From NCBI GenBank assembly GCA_963833425.1, contig CAWHXP010000002.1:64001-128000 (forward strand): a DNA stretch of 64,000 nucleotides, written 5' to 3'. Below are positions 1 to 11,357 of the stretch, piece after piece (position 1 is the stretch's first letter; each line of letters opens with the position of its first letter). A program made the position numbers and the translations under genes. A model generated the notes under the pieces. That model was not told the origin of the DNA. It worked only from the letters and a program-made list of their open reading frames with translations, and ran no database searches. This stretch comes from an uncultured Methanosarcinaceae archaeon. GTDB taxonomy: Archaea > Halobacteriota > Methanosarcinia > Methanosarcinales > Methanosarcinaceae.

Positions 1-133
1 CACCATTATTTATATTCTTACGAACTATATTCACAGATAGCAGGTAGTAATTAAATAATTCTCTGATTTTCATGCCACTCGAAACCTTTATATCTCTACC
101 ATGATATTTTGGAGATACTCTTTGATCAACAGT

Positions 134-205
134 GCCTTGGTGGCTTAGGGGTATAGCGCGTCCTTGGTAAGGACGAGGTCGCGGGTTCAAATCCCGCCCG
201 AGGCT
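134..205 (+). tRNA. tRNA-Thr(GGT)
   Basis: Cloverleaf: acceptor GCCTTGG/CCGAGGC, anticodon arm CGTCC-TTGGTAA-GGACG, T-arm GCGGG-TTCAAAT-CCCGC; no encoded CCA; TTTATAT box near 87. Confidence 0.96.
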
Positions 206-578
206 TCTAAATTTTTGTTCAAAATACCGTTTTTTTCATTTTGCCCTAATATCGCCTTAATGATCTTAATAAAGGCATAAACTCTGGATAATTAAATTTA
301 AACTATAGTTGTTTTTGTAGGTCTTTTTAGAGATAATTATTAAAATTTTCCACTTTAGATCTATATTTGAAACTTGCCCAGCCCGTCAAATACGCTGGAC
401 TTAAGAAACAACATATTGGACTTAAAAGTATTTTGAAATAAACTAAACTAATAGGTAAACCTTAAAGTGTTGCGGTTAATTTGATAAATTAGGCTACAAT
501 TACCCTAGGAAACAAAATTAATCTGAAGGTAGTTCTATTAAGGATACGTGAAATTTTGATTAAAAATTAAACTATTGA

Positions 579-833
579 TTACTCATTAATTTCTCTAACT
601 TGAATGAACTTTGCCAAAATATCTTTTCTAATTTCATCTCCATCTTTAACGATTATCTCAACATTCTCGTTTTTATTCTCTGAAACTGTATTAATTTTCC
701 TATATTCCTTTCTTCAATAATCATTAGGGAACCGTCTCTCCAAAATTCACATACAAACTCTGCAATCTCCAGCATCTGCTGCTTCTTTTAGGTGTTCCAG
801 GAGAGCTTTTGCAGCATCAGCATTACGTTTTTT
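579..833 (-). pseudogene. 3' fragment of a putative phage terminase small-subunit-like gene (left copy)
   Basis: Manual translation KKRNADAAKALLEHLKEAADAGDCRVCM*ILERRFPNDY*RKEY..., 2 internal stops; the W-ILERRFP motif recalls phage TerS-like proteins; cut at the IS6 end. Confidence 0.45.
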
Positions 834-1686
834 GGTTCCGTTGCAAAAAATCCTTTCTACTGATACAATAGAATAAAAAGAAAACCAAAGATAGTAACAT
901 GCTATCTAATTCCTTTAAATGGAAGCATTATGAAGGAGAAATTATCTTATTAAACGTAAGATGGCACCTAAAATACCCATTGAGCTATAGAAATTTAAAG
1001 GAAATGATGATAGAAAGAGGAATTCAAGTTGATCACAGTACTATAATAAGATGGGTGTATCAATATTTTCCTGAAATAGAAAAGAAGATAAGAAGACATT
1101 TAAGACCAACAAACGATTCGTGGAGTTGATAAAACCTATATCAAAGTAAAAGGTAAATAGAAATATTTTTACCGAGCAGTTGATTCAAATGGAGATATAA
1201 TTGATTTCATGTTAAGTCCAAAACGAAATAGAAAAGCATCGAAGAGATTCTTTAAGAAAGCTTTAAGTTCTAATCATAATCAAATTCCAAGATTAATAAC
1301 CGTTGATAAGAATCCAGCTTATCCACCTGCTAGAGATTAACTGAAAAATGAAAAGAAATTGTCTAAAAATGTTGAAATTAGACAAATCAAGTATTTGAAT
1401 AACATTATAGAACAAGATCACAGATCTATAAAGAGAATCGGTAATCCAATGTTAGGATTTCAGTCTTTTCGATCTGCTAATAAGACTTTAAAAGGGATTG
1501 AAGCTATAAATATGATCAAAAAAGGACAAGTAATCGATCTAAATTACTCTGCTCTTAATGAAGTCAAATACATTAATCAATTATTTGGTATAGTTTTATA
1601 ATGCTAGTACATTTTCCTTTAATATTTTGATTTTTATTAATTACTTATAGATTTACATATTTTTTTGAAATTTTTGCAACGGAACC
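834..1686 (+). mobile_element. IS6-family insertion sequence with inactivated transposase
   Basis: TIRs GGTTCCGTTGCAAAAA / TTTTTGCAACGGAACC; transposase 899-1601 (FKWKHY..YPLSYRNL..DHSTI.RWV; YLNNIIEQDHR) broken by a frameshift and stops. Confidence 0.93.
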
Positions 1687-1926
1687 AAAAAACGTAATGC
1701 TGATGCTGCAAAAGCTCTTCTGGAATACCTAAAAGAAGCAGCAGATGCTGGAGACTGCAGAGTTTGCATGTGGATTTTGGAGAGACGGTTCCCGGAAGAC
1801 TTCGCCAGACGACAATATAGTAAAACGAATGCAGTTTCAGAGAAACCGAATTAGAACGTCGAGTTAATTGTCAATGATACATATGGAATTAGAAAACAAA
1901 TTCTAGCGAAGTTAGAGAGTCTTTAA
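1687..1926 (+). pseudogene. 3' fragment of a putative terminase small-subunit-like gene (right copy)
   Basis: KKRNADAAKALLEYLKEAADAGDCRVCMWILERRFPEDFARRQY...; inverted paralog of 579-833. Confidence 0.45.
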
Positions 1927-2017
1927 CTAGTTAGAATTTTTTATATTAACTTAATTTATTTCTAATAGAAAATATTTCACTATTCGTTTTTATCAATTTT
2001 TATAATTCTAGTCTGAA

Positions 2018-2415
2018 TTACCAAAATCGCCACCAAGGTTTCTTAGCTCCTGGTACTTCTATAGCCTTCTGATTAATTAAAGTTTGCATTTGAAACATGT
2101 AATTGTTAAGCATTGACTTGAGATCTTCTTTATCTTGGTTAGTTTTTCTAAGTTCTGTTAATAGTGCTTCTATTTCATTCTCCAAATCGTCAATTCTTTT
2201 ATCTTTTTCTTCGGAAAATTTTAGATTTTCCTAGAATGTCGCCTGCAAAATACTTATTTCAGAAACTTTCTTTTCTAACTCTGTCGTAAATGTCTTATAT
2301 TTATCATCAGTTGTTGGCATGTCTTCAGACTGTCTAGATGTCTCTGCAAGTTTTTTTTCTAACGTTATTAATTCATTGCGATTTATGTGGCATGCAGGAA
2401 AAAAGCACCATTTAA
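2018..2415 (-). pseudogene. coiled-coil protein remnant ending KKPWWRFW
   Basis: Manual translation ...ELEKKVSEISILQATF*ENLKFSEEKDKRIDDLENEIE...PGAKKPWWRFW; one in-frame TAG, no in-frame start. Confidence 0.55.
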
Positions 2416-2585
2416 CTTACTTAATTAAAAATATTCTAATAACAACCTAACAAATTAAAAGTAATCGTTATGCTAATATTTTTAAATAATCAAATATATT
2501 TTAAAGTGAATGTATAAGAAAATTTTGGAGTCTAGATAAATGAAAAAACAAACATTCAATCAGACAAAAAAATATTTGATATTTT

Positions 2586-2734
2586 GGTTCCGTTGCAAGA
2601 ATAATATTTCTGCAATTTGATACTATAATTTTCACCTTTATGTATCATTTTCTTCCAAATTAAAATGATTAACTTCCCTGATTGTGATGTTTTTTAATGT
2701 TTTTGTGAAAAAGCCAGATTTTTGCAACGGAACC
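2586..2734. mobile_element. 149-bp non-autonomous IS6-type MITE
   Basis: Same TIR as the IS6 (GGTTCCGTTGCAA ... TTGCAACGGAACC), no ORF inside. Confidence 0.85.
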
Positions 2735-2830
2735 AATGAAATAGTAATTAAAAAGAAGATAAAGGAGTATAGAGTAGATTTCACCGAAATTCAGATGCAT
2801 TGCCTAATTAGAGAATGAGGAGCGATCTCC

Positions 2831-4866
2831 ATGATAGACGACTTATTAAATATAATTGATAATGTGGAAAAAAATAAAAGTTTTGAGTTATCTTTATCAC
2901 ATTTTCAGTTAACCCAGTTGCCTTCAAAAATTTTTGAGCTAAAAAACTTGAATAATCTCGATCTATCTTGGAATGAACTGAGCAGTTTGCCACCTGAAAT
3001 CCTTGAGCTTAAAAATCTAACTAGCCTTGATCTATCTCACAATAAATTAAGCCAATTGCCGCCTGAAATCTATGAGCTTAGAAATCTAACTGGCCTTGAT
3101 CTATCTAATAATAAATTGAGTTCGCTTCCATCAGAAATCATTAAGCTAAAAAACCTAACTAGTCTTGATTTATCTGAAAATCAACTGAGTTCACTTCCTC
3201 CTGATATTTTAAAACCCGGTCTAGAGATTAGATATGAATACTATCTTAAACCCTCAAGAAATTCTGATTTCTCTAAAAAAATGGATAAAAGTGGAATTTA
3301 CTTAAGAGGAAATCCTTTAGTAAATCCTCCCGTGGGAATACAAAAAAAGGTAGGGAAGCAATTTTTAATTATTTTAGATCTAAAACTACAAAACAGTTAA
3401 ATGAAGTTAAAGTTATGCTTGTTGGAGACGGAGGCGCGGGTAAAACTTCGCTGGTGAAGAAGCTTTTTATGGAAGAAATTGATGGGAAAGAATCGCAGAC
3501 ACAAAGTATCGATATAAGGACATGGTCTGCAAATGATGGAGAGCGGATAATTCAAGCCAATTTCTGGGATTTTGGTGGGCAGGAAATCATGCACGCTACG
3601 CATCAGTTCTTTTTTTCAAAAAGAAGTCTTTATATACTTGTTTTAGATGGAAGAAAGGACGAAAAAACGGAATACTGGCTTAAACTTATAGAAAACTTCG
3701 GTGGTGACTCTCCTGTTCTAATTGTGATCAATAAAATTGATGAAAATCCTTCATTTGAATTGAACAGAAAGTTTCTTCAGGAGAAGCACTCCTCAATCAT
3801 AGGTTTTTACCGTTTGTCCTGCATTTCAAATGAAGGACTTGGAGATTTTTCTAAAGCTTTGCAAGAAGAACTGACAAAGTTAAAGTATCTTGAAATCAAG
3901 CGGCCTGAAAGTTGGTTTAATGTAAAGAGAAGACTTGAAAAAATATGTCAAAATCGTCATTCGTGTAGTAAGGACGAAGACACATATGAGTCCTGTAATT
4001 ACATTGAGTACAAGGAATATAAAAATATGTGTAATGAAAAAGGAATAAAAAACGAATCTGAACAGGATACACTTGTTGATTTTCTGCATGACTTAGGTGT
4101 AATACTCCATTTTGGAGATATACCTCTTTTAAACACATATGTCCTAGAGCCGGAATGGGTAACTAGGGTGGTATATAAAATCGTAACTTCAAAAAGAATT
4201 GCTGACACCAAAGGAATTCTTAAATTTGAAATGCTTCATGAAATTTTGAAACAAAAAAGGAAAGGAGATTTCTATTATCCTCCCGATCAATATGTCTTTT
4301 TTGTTGGTTTAATGAACAAATTTGAACTCTCCTATCACCTTGATAGCAGCACTATACTTCTCCCTGCCTCTCTAGAAATTCAGGAACCGAATTTTGATTT
4401 TGAGCATGAATTGAGCCTGAAATTTATAATTGACTATGATTTCCTTCCTTTTTCGATAATGCCCCGTTTCATAGTGAGAATGAACAAAGACATAAAAGGT
4501 AATCTATGTTGACGTACCGGCGTTGTTCTAGAAAACGAAAAGTTCGAATCTACTGGTTTGATCAAATCAGACAATGAGTATAAAGTGAGTGAGCTACTGG
4601 GAACGGTCATCACCAAAAATGATTTGATAAATATACTATTTGAAAAACTACAAAAGGCGGAAAATAATGAAAACGAGATTATTAAAGAACTTATAAAAAT
4701 AAAAACATTCGATTCTGACCCCAATATCGAAGACACTATACTTGAAAAAATTAATAAAACATTATTGCTACAGCCTAACTTCTATGGTATAGGAATTAAT
4801 TTTAACAAACTAATCGAATCATATTTAGACGATAAAAAGATTATTTCAGGCCGTCTCAAAACTTAA
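2831..4866 (+). pseudogene. Roco protein (LRR-Roc GTPase-COR), disrupted
   Basis: 23-aa LRRs (LxxLDLSxNxLxxLP); P-loop GDGGAGKTS, WDFGGQ, NKID; frameshift in the A7 run near 3342, TGA at 4510 in a probable Trp codon, apparent internal deletion near 4578. Confidence 0.9.
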
Positions 4867-5235
4867 TCCGTTTCTACAATTGGATAATGGTTATTTTAAT
4901 TCATTGCTAAAATCTCTAATAATCTATAAAAAGGAATTTTTCTTTTATTAACATACTATTTATTTTAAGTTTTATATCGAACATTAGTTATGCTTATTGA
5001 CAACTACAGAAAAAAAATTATCAATAAGTCATATTTATCTTTAAAAGGAATTTGAATTTTAAAAAATGTTTTATATATTCTTATTTAAAATGACAATATT
5101 GATGTACTAAAAAAAATAGTAAAGTTTTTATTAAAAAAAGAAGAGTTTGTAAGAAACCAATTGTATCGTCTAATAATAAAAATAAAAGTTTTAGGCAAAC
5201 TGGAAAGAAAATCGAATAGTTTTAGTGAAAAATAA

Positions 5236-7762
5236 ATGAAAGTAACGAAAAAAAAGTTGGCCTCCCATTGGTAGCTATAATGACAGCGTTAATTATTCTA
5301 TCATTAGCAATTCCAGCACTGACAGTCACTTCCTCAATGAGTTATACTTTAAATAAGGATTTCGATCAAGGAACGCTTGTAGGATTGGAACACAACACAG
5401 TACCGGATCAATTGCAGCTTTCTAATGTGACTACAACTTTTCCCTTTATGTGGATAGCTAACTCCGGGGAAGACACAATTTCCAAGTGGAATACGGATAC
5501 CAATAAAGAGGTGGCACGTTATAACACTTGGTTTGGCCTACCTGCAGATCATGATTCTTGGACTGGACCAGCACCATCAAGAACAGCCATAGATTCTCAG
5601 GGTAATTGCTACGTAGCTAACCGACACTTTGATGATAAACCTACCGATGTCATGAAGATCTTACTCAACGACTATATAGATCGCAATCATGATGGTAAGT
5701 TAAACACGTCTTATGATAAAAACGGCGATGGAAATATCACACCAGACGAAATGCTTCCCATGAATGATACAAACAAAAATGGGATAATTGACGACAACGA
5801 AATTAAAGATGAACGTGTCGCATGGGTTGTACAAGTGGGGGCAGATAATGGCTGGGGGCGTTCTTTGTCAATTGACAAAGACGGAAATCTATGGGTGGGG
5901 CTTTATAGTACACATCAATACTATGAGCTAAGCAGCGTTAATGGTTCTATTATAGCCGGACCGATTGACGTTAGTGACAATACTCCAGATGGATCATTCG
6001 TAGACAAACATGGAATATTGTGGGGCACTTCAGAAGATGGTGGTGGTTTGAATCCTACTCTATTAAAGTTAAATACCACAACCAAGGCAGTAAAAGTCTA
6101 TCACCTACCTGATAAATCATTAATTGACTATGGTATTGGACTCGCATACGATGCCAATGATAGTACGATTGTCTATTTAGGAGATTCGTCAGGTCAATCC
6201 TTTATCAAATTTGATTCGTCTACCGAAACTTTCAGCACTCCAGCAAAAAAAAAGTTTCCAGCGACAGGGGGTATCAATAGATTCGGATGGGAATATAGTT
6301 GTCTCCGATAGTATAGGTAACACGACAAAGTTTAGCCCCAACGGGACAGTAATTAGGGACGCCACATCACAGGTTACTTCTCCAAGTGATACACGTGGTC
6401 CTATCATGGACTCTAATGGCGATGTTTGGGTCGAACATAGACTAGCTAATAAATTGTCCAAGTTTAGAGGTTCAGATGGAACTCCTCTTGGTGTATTTGA
6501 TTGTGGTAAAAAGCCATATACTTATAGTGACGCCACCGGACTCTCACTACGTCACTCAATTGGTCCATTAGGTACCTGGTCTGTGGACTTTGATAGTGAA
6601 GCAGATAACAGCCATAGGGTACTGTTTCCTGGAACAGTAGTGAACCTACGGGGACATATGTCAAAGTTGAAGTTAGAAGCTCAAATGATGAAAATACATG
6701 GTCTGCTTGGGAGACTGTGGCAAATGGAGTCTCAATGAGTTCAACACCTCCTGGTAGATATCTACAGATTCAGACAACAATGCAGAGCCCCAGTGGAGAT
6801 GTATCTCCGGTTCTCTATGATCTTACTGTTAATGTAGGAAACCAACCACCTTCAGCCAATGCTGGTTCCAATCAGGTTGTTGAGCAGTCTAATCATGACG
6901 GTACTCCAGTAACTCTTGATGGATCAGGTTCCACAGATGACGGACTAATTTCACCATTGACATATACTTGGAAATGGGGTAATGGTGGATCAGCTACCGG
7001 TGTTAAACCTACTATATTCCTTCCTTTGGGGAAAACAACCGTAAACCTGACTGTCTTCGATGGACAGTTTTCGAGTACAGATACCGTTGACATAACTATA
7101 CAGGATACAACTCCACCAACATTAATATGTCCTAAAGATGTAACTGTTGAGCAAACTAATCTAGCTGGTACTCCAGTTAAATTACCAAATGCAACAGCCA
7201 CTGACATCTGTGACGCCAATGTTAAGATAACGAGTGATGCACCAGCAGTATTCCCACTTGGCGTTACAAAGGTTACGTTTACAGCAACAGATGCTTCAGG
7301 AAACAGAGCAACTGGTACAACAAATGTTACTGTACAGGATACAACTCCACCGACGATAACAGATTCAGGTAAACCAAAAATCCTTTGGCCCCCGAATCAT
7401 AAATATCAGACAGTTTCAATCTCTGATTTCGTTAGCTCAGTAAAGGATATTTGTGATGCTGGTGTGGGCATCAAAGATGTAAAAATCACATCTGTTAGCA
7501 GTGATGAACCTGAAAATGCTCCGGCCTTAGGTGATGGTAATACATTGAACGACATTGTTATCAAAGATCCTCAAACAGTTGATTTAAGAGCAGAAAGACA
7601 AGGAAACGGAAATGGTCGAGTGTACACGATTAATTATAAAGTTACGGATGCGTCAGGTAATACTGCAACAGGATCCTCTCATGTCTGGGTTCCCCATGAC
7701 ATTAGTAATCCCATAGCAATTGACGATGGTGCAGCCGCAGATACACAGTGAAGTACCCATAA
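5236..7762 (+). pseudogene. secreted cell-surface protein (beta-propeller-like region, Ca-binding DxNxDG loops, PKD and HYR-like Ig domains), frameshifted
   Basis: Three overlapping ORFs (5268-6311, 6211-6738, 6717-7751); signal peptide needs +1 in the A-run after ATG 5236; NQPPSANAG..LDGSGS PKD; DTTPP..FPLGVTKVTFTATDASGN HYR. Confidence 0.8.
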
Positions 7763-7883
7763 GTGAACAAATATGTTCTGTAATAAAGCAAAAGTGAAAA
7801 AAATGTTAACATAAAAGATGGGAAGAGGCACATCTCCCTATTTTCACTTTTTTATAGTAATTTTTCATTTAAAAGGGATTTTA

Positions 7884-8681
7884 ATGAATTCCAGAAATGT
7901 CAATAAAGGAATCATTTTATTCGGTTTTATTCTTATCTTTCTGGTGGGATTGTTAGCTGTTAATATTTTTAGTATACATGGGAAAGCACTAGGTGCCCTT
8001 TCAATTAAAAATGCCTATACATTTAGTGAAAACTTTAGTGGAGGAGTTTTGAATCCACAAACATGGCAGATCACTCATGAAGGAGATTTTGAGGAAAGTA
8101 TAGTAGAAGTGTACGATGTTAATCCTTCGAAAAATGTTGATTATCGATTGAGATTGGGCATGAATACAATTGGTACAAGGGATGACACCGTAAAGTTCCT
8201 TGGAGTCAGAAGTGTAAATAAAGTAAATATTAGTGATGGAACAGAAATCTTATTCAATCTCGACTGGAACAACCAGAGCAATGGTTGTTATCTGAGTGGA
8301 TCGTTTTATCTCTGCCCTACTGCAACTGATGGAAATCCAGAAAACGAAAATAACTGGTTAAAATATGAATATATCGGTGTTCCTCCTGGGCAAAATGCTC
8401 GTTGTGCTGTCGCCAACAAAGTTGATGGGAATATAAGGTTATTATATACTGATGGTTGGCCTGAGGAGCGGACTGGCAGACATATTGCAGATCAGCGTAT
8501 AAAGATAATATTGGATAATAAGATTCTTAAAGTTTTGGAAAATGGCAGAGAGTTAAATACTTCCAAGCTACAAGATTTGAACTTTTCATCGGCTTATATA
8601 TATTTACAAATGAGTGGTCACAGCAATTATCATATGCGAAAACTTTATTTCGACGACATTACAGTTACAAAACATAGTTAA
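7884..8681 (+). CDS. membrane-anchored or secreted hypothetical protein, beta-rich
   Basis: Intact ORF with N-terminal hydrophobic helix; ATG 7884 preferred over 7818, which lies in the upstream hairpin. Confidence 0.7.
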   Translation: MNSRNVNKGIILFGFILIFLVGLLAVNIFSIHGKALGALSIKNAYTFSENFSGGVLNPQTWQITHEGDFEESIVEVYDVNPSKNVDYRLRLGMNTIGTRDDTVKFLGVRSVNKVNISDGTEILFNLDWNNQSNGCYLSGSFYLCPTATDGNPENENNWLKYEYIGVPPGQNARCAVANKVDGNIRLLYTDGWPEERTGRHIADQRIKIILDNKILKVLENGRELNTSKLQDLNFSSAYIYLQMSGHSNYHMRKLYFDDITVTKHS

Positions 8682-9523
8682 TGTATGTCCATAAATTAAT
8701 TTAAAATATTTATCGTTTAAAAAGTAGGTTAATTATTCATATCTAAACTGCGAATAAAAAAATTGAAGTTTTTCATCCATTTTCTAATGATACACTAGCA
8801 TCACCTACAGGGGACCACTATCCCAAATTAGAACTTGTATTCCCTGTGTAAGTTGAAGCATCGTAAAAGTAGCTAATTGTGAGAACAGAATCAAATATTA
8901 TCAATATTTAGTTTCGCAAGAATCAAAAATGCAAAAAGCAGCTTTAAATTTTTTAAAAAATTTTGAGAAATTCGTCTCTTTATACTAAGTGAGGCCGATA
9001 TTTAAAGAGAAAATAGTTTTGATGAACCCCACTTCTGTCCAATTAGTTATATAATAATTAATAGAAATAAACAACAGCCTATCTGACACTCCATGAATTC
9101 ATGAACTTCTATGCTAATTCAACCAATCTAATAAAACCATACTCTTGTCTCGCCACCGAAGTATAAAATTAACCATTATGTCAAAAAAGGTTCATTTTTA
9201 ATTATGTACTCAGATTTGAAGCTCATTTTCGCTGGGAAATATGTTTATGAAAGTGAGTCTACAAGCCAAGTTTTCTGTATTATGGGATCTGTAGACAATT
9301 TTGGATCCCTTTAAGGAATATGTCCCACTCCCAACATATGTGCACAAGAAAGCTATCTATTCTCTCAGTATGAAAGTAGATTGAAAACGGATTCAATTTT
9401 CAATGAGGAATAGTTGTTAAGTAAGCAAACAAATTATACATCTGTTTAGATCTGCGGCATATAGGCGACAAAAAGGTCTGTTCAATTGTATCGACTCAAC
9501 GAATGGAAATAATTAAAGGGACA

Positions 9524-9582
9524 AAAAAGCTGGAGGCTTCCTTTCATCCCGATCATAAGGGTAGGGAAGAAAGGAAGCCTCC
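9524..9582 (-). terminator. GC-rich hairpin plus T-tract downstream of the esterase
   Basis: 14-bp perfect IR GGAGGCTTCCTTTC/GAAAGGAAGCCTCC followed on the - strand by a T6 run. Confidence 0.55.
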
Positions 9583-9679
9583 GCTCTCCCAAAGTGGCAA
9601 ACAGTTGCTATGGGGGAAACAAAAGTATTTTTGGAAGGCTGTAAATGCTCTCTAATTTATTGAAGAATCCGTCGCTTAA

Positions 9680-10648
9680 CTACTCATTGCCAAAATAATT
9701 CCTAAGGTTCTCATTCACTAGCCCGATTGCGCTGCAAGTTGCAGGTGTGCCCGCAAGTGCGTTTAACATCACGAAATCATGTATTGTTCCAAGGTATCGA
9801 ACGGCTGTGACATTGACCCCGGCTTGAATCAGCTTATGAGCATACGCCTCACCCTCGTCGCGGAGGACATCATTTTCATCAGTGATTATCAGAGCTGGTG
9901 GCTGCCCCTTGAGTTGGTCAATCGAGGCTTGTAGCGGGGATGCTGTTGGCTGCTTGCGTGCTCCTTCGTCGGGTAAATAATTATCCCAAAACCACTTCAT
10001 CGCCTCACGGGTAAGCCAGATATCGGTTGCAAACTGTTGGTAAGACTGGGTATCAAAATTAGCATCTGTCACAGGATAAAAGAGTACCTGATAGCTAATT
10101 TTCGGGCCGCTCCGCTCCTTTGCCAGTAGTAACACAGCTGCTGCCATGTTTCCGCCTACGCTGTCACCAGCCACAACTAATTTTGAAGTATCCATATTGA
10201 AGTTTTTCCCATTCTCTGCAAAATATTTTGTCGCTGCATATGCTTCTTCGATGGGTTCGGGGTACTTTTCTTCGGGAGACGGCGTGAAATTGACAAATAC
10301 AACTGCAGCATTGGCTCCATTAGAGATTTCTCGAATCAATCGATCATGCGTATTTTTGTCCCCAAGCACCCAGCCACCGCCATGGAAGTACATAACGACT
10401 GGCAAAATCCCTTTGTTTCCTTTTGGTCTGATAATTCTAATCGAAATTTGCCCCTTCGGGCCAACTGGAATATTGAGATCTTCGATGTCTGCCGGCAGTT
10501 TTGCCGTCTCAGTAGTAGCTTGTAAATCGTCAAGTACTTTGCGTGCATCTCTCGGAGAGAGTTTGTAAATTGGTGTTCCATTCTGCTTGTTTATTTTTTC
10601 TACAAATGCTTTTGTTGTTGGCTCGAGTAAGTCAATGGTTAAATTCAT
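9680..10648 (-). CDS. alpha/beta hydrolase, hormone-sensitive lipase-like esterase
   Basis: HGGGW oxyanion motif, GDSVGG nucleophile, DVLRDEG, terminal HDF. Confidence 0.93.
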   Translation of the reverse strand: MNLTIDLLEPTTKAFVEKINKQNGTPIYKLSPRDARKVLDDLQATTETAKLPADIEDLNIPVGPKGQISIRIIRPKGNKGILPVVMYFHGGGWVLGDKNTHDRLIREISNGANAAVVFVNFTPSPEEKYPEPIEEAYAATKYFAENGKNFNMDTSKLVVAGDSVGGNMAAAVLLLAKERSGPKISYQVLFYPVTDANFDTQSYQQFATDIWLTREAMKWFWDNYLPDEGARKQPTASPLQASIDQLKGQPPALIITDENDVLRDEGEAYAHKLIQAGVNVTAVRYLGTIHDFVMLNALAGTPATCSAIGLVNENLRNYFGNE

Positions 10649-11045
10649 GATGATCCCTTAAAGCTTGCTTTTTAGTAAGTACATAATATAGCTAAAAAAA
10701 TATAATATCATAATAGACATTCTGCAGATATGCGCTAAGTTTAAAATTTATTTGTCTGTTTGCCCACTATTATTCATTAAAAGTTATATTAATTTTGGAA
10801 CTGCTACTATAATTGAGAAACTAAATGGTTTTTTTGTGTATATCTCTGAAAAGTTGCATGAAATATAGTAAATTATTAAGAGTTTTTCAATAAACCTTTG
10901 ATTTTCATTAGTTATTAGTATCTCATTTATAGTTATACGACAGAATTTAAGGACTTATAAAATCCTCTTAAATAAATTAATCTATAGAGATTCAGTGCTA
11001 TACGCTTCTGTTTGCAGGATTTTCTTTTGTAAAGGAACATTTTCT

Positions 11046-11357
11046 TCAATCACAATTCTCGATTTTTACATCCACTAATTTTTCTAAAGGTTGTTGATAA
11101 GGTACTGTGACTTTAAGCACACCATTTGTGTATTTAGCAACTGCTTTTTCCGGGTTTACCGGGCAGCAGGTCGAATAACTGTCAAGATACTGAACTCCCG
11201 CTTTCCTAGCAGCTACATAAAAACTGTCTTCAGTAATCTTAAAAGAAATATCTTTCTTTTCAACTCCTGGGAGAACTACTTCAATTAGAAGGTTTTCGTA
11301 ATTGTCGTCAGGATATGTACAGATAACCGGTGATAATCTCAAAGTGTCTGCCATCAT
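11046..11357 (-). CDS. small heat-shock protein (Hsp20/alpha-crystallin)
   Basis: LPGVEKKDI and AKYTNGVLKVTVP motifs. Confidence 0.88.
   Translation of the reverse strand: MMADTLRLSPVICTYPDDNYENLLIEVVLPGVEKKDISFKITEDSFYVAARKAGVQYLDSYSTCCPVNPEKAVAKYTNGVLKVTVPYQQPLEKLVDVKIENCD

Noticed and set aside
2231..2233. In-frame TAG codons (coiled-coil remnant; also IS6 tnp at ~1158) as pyrrolysine read-through
   Set aside because: The same frames have other lesions or no start; the IS6 TAG replaces a conserved Trp; no methylamine methyltransferase context
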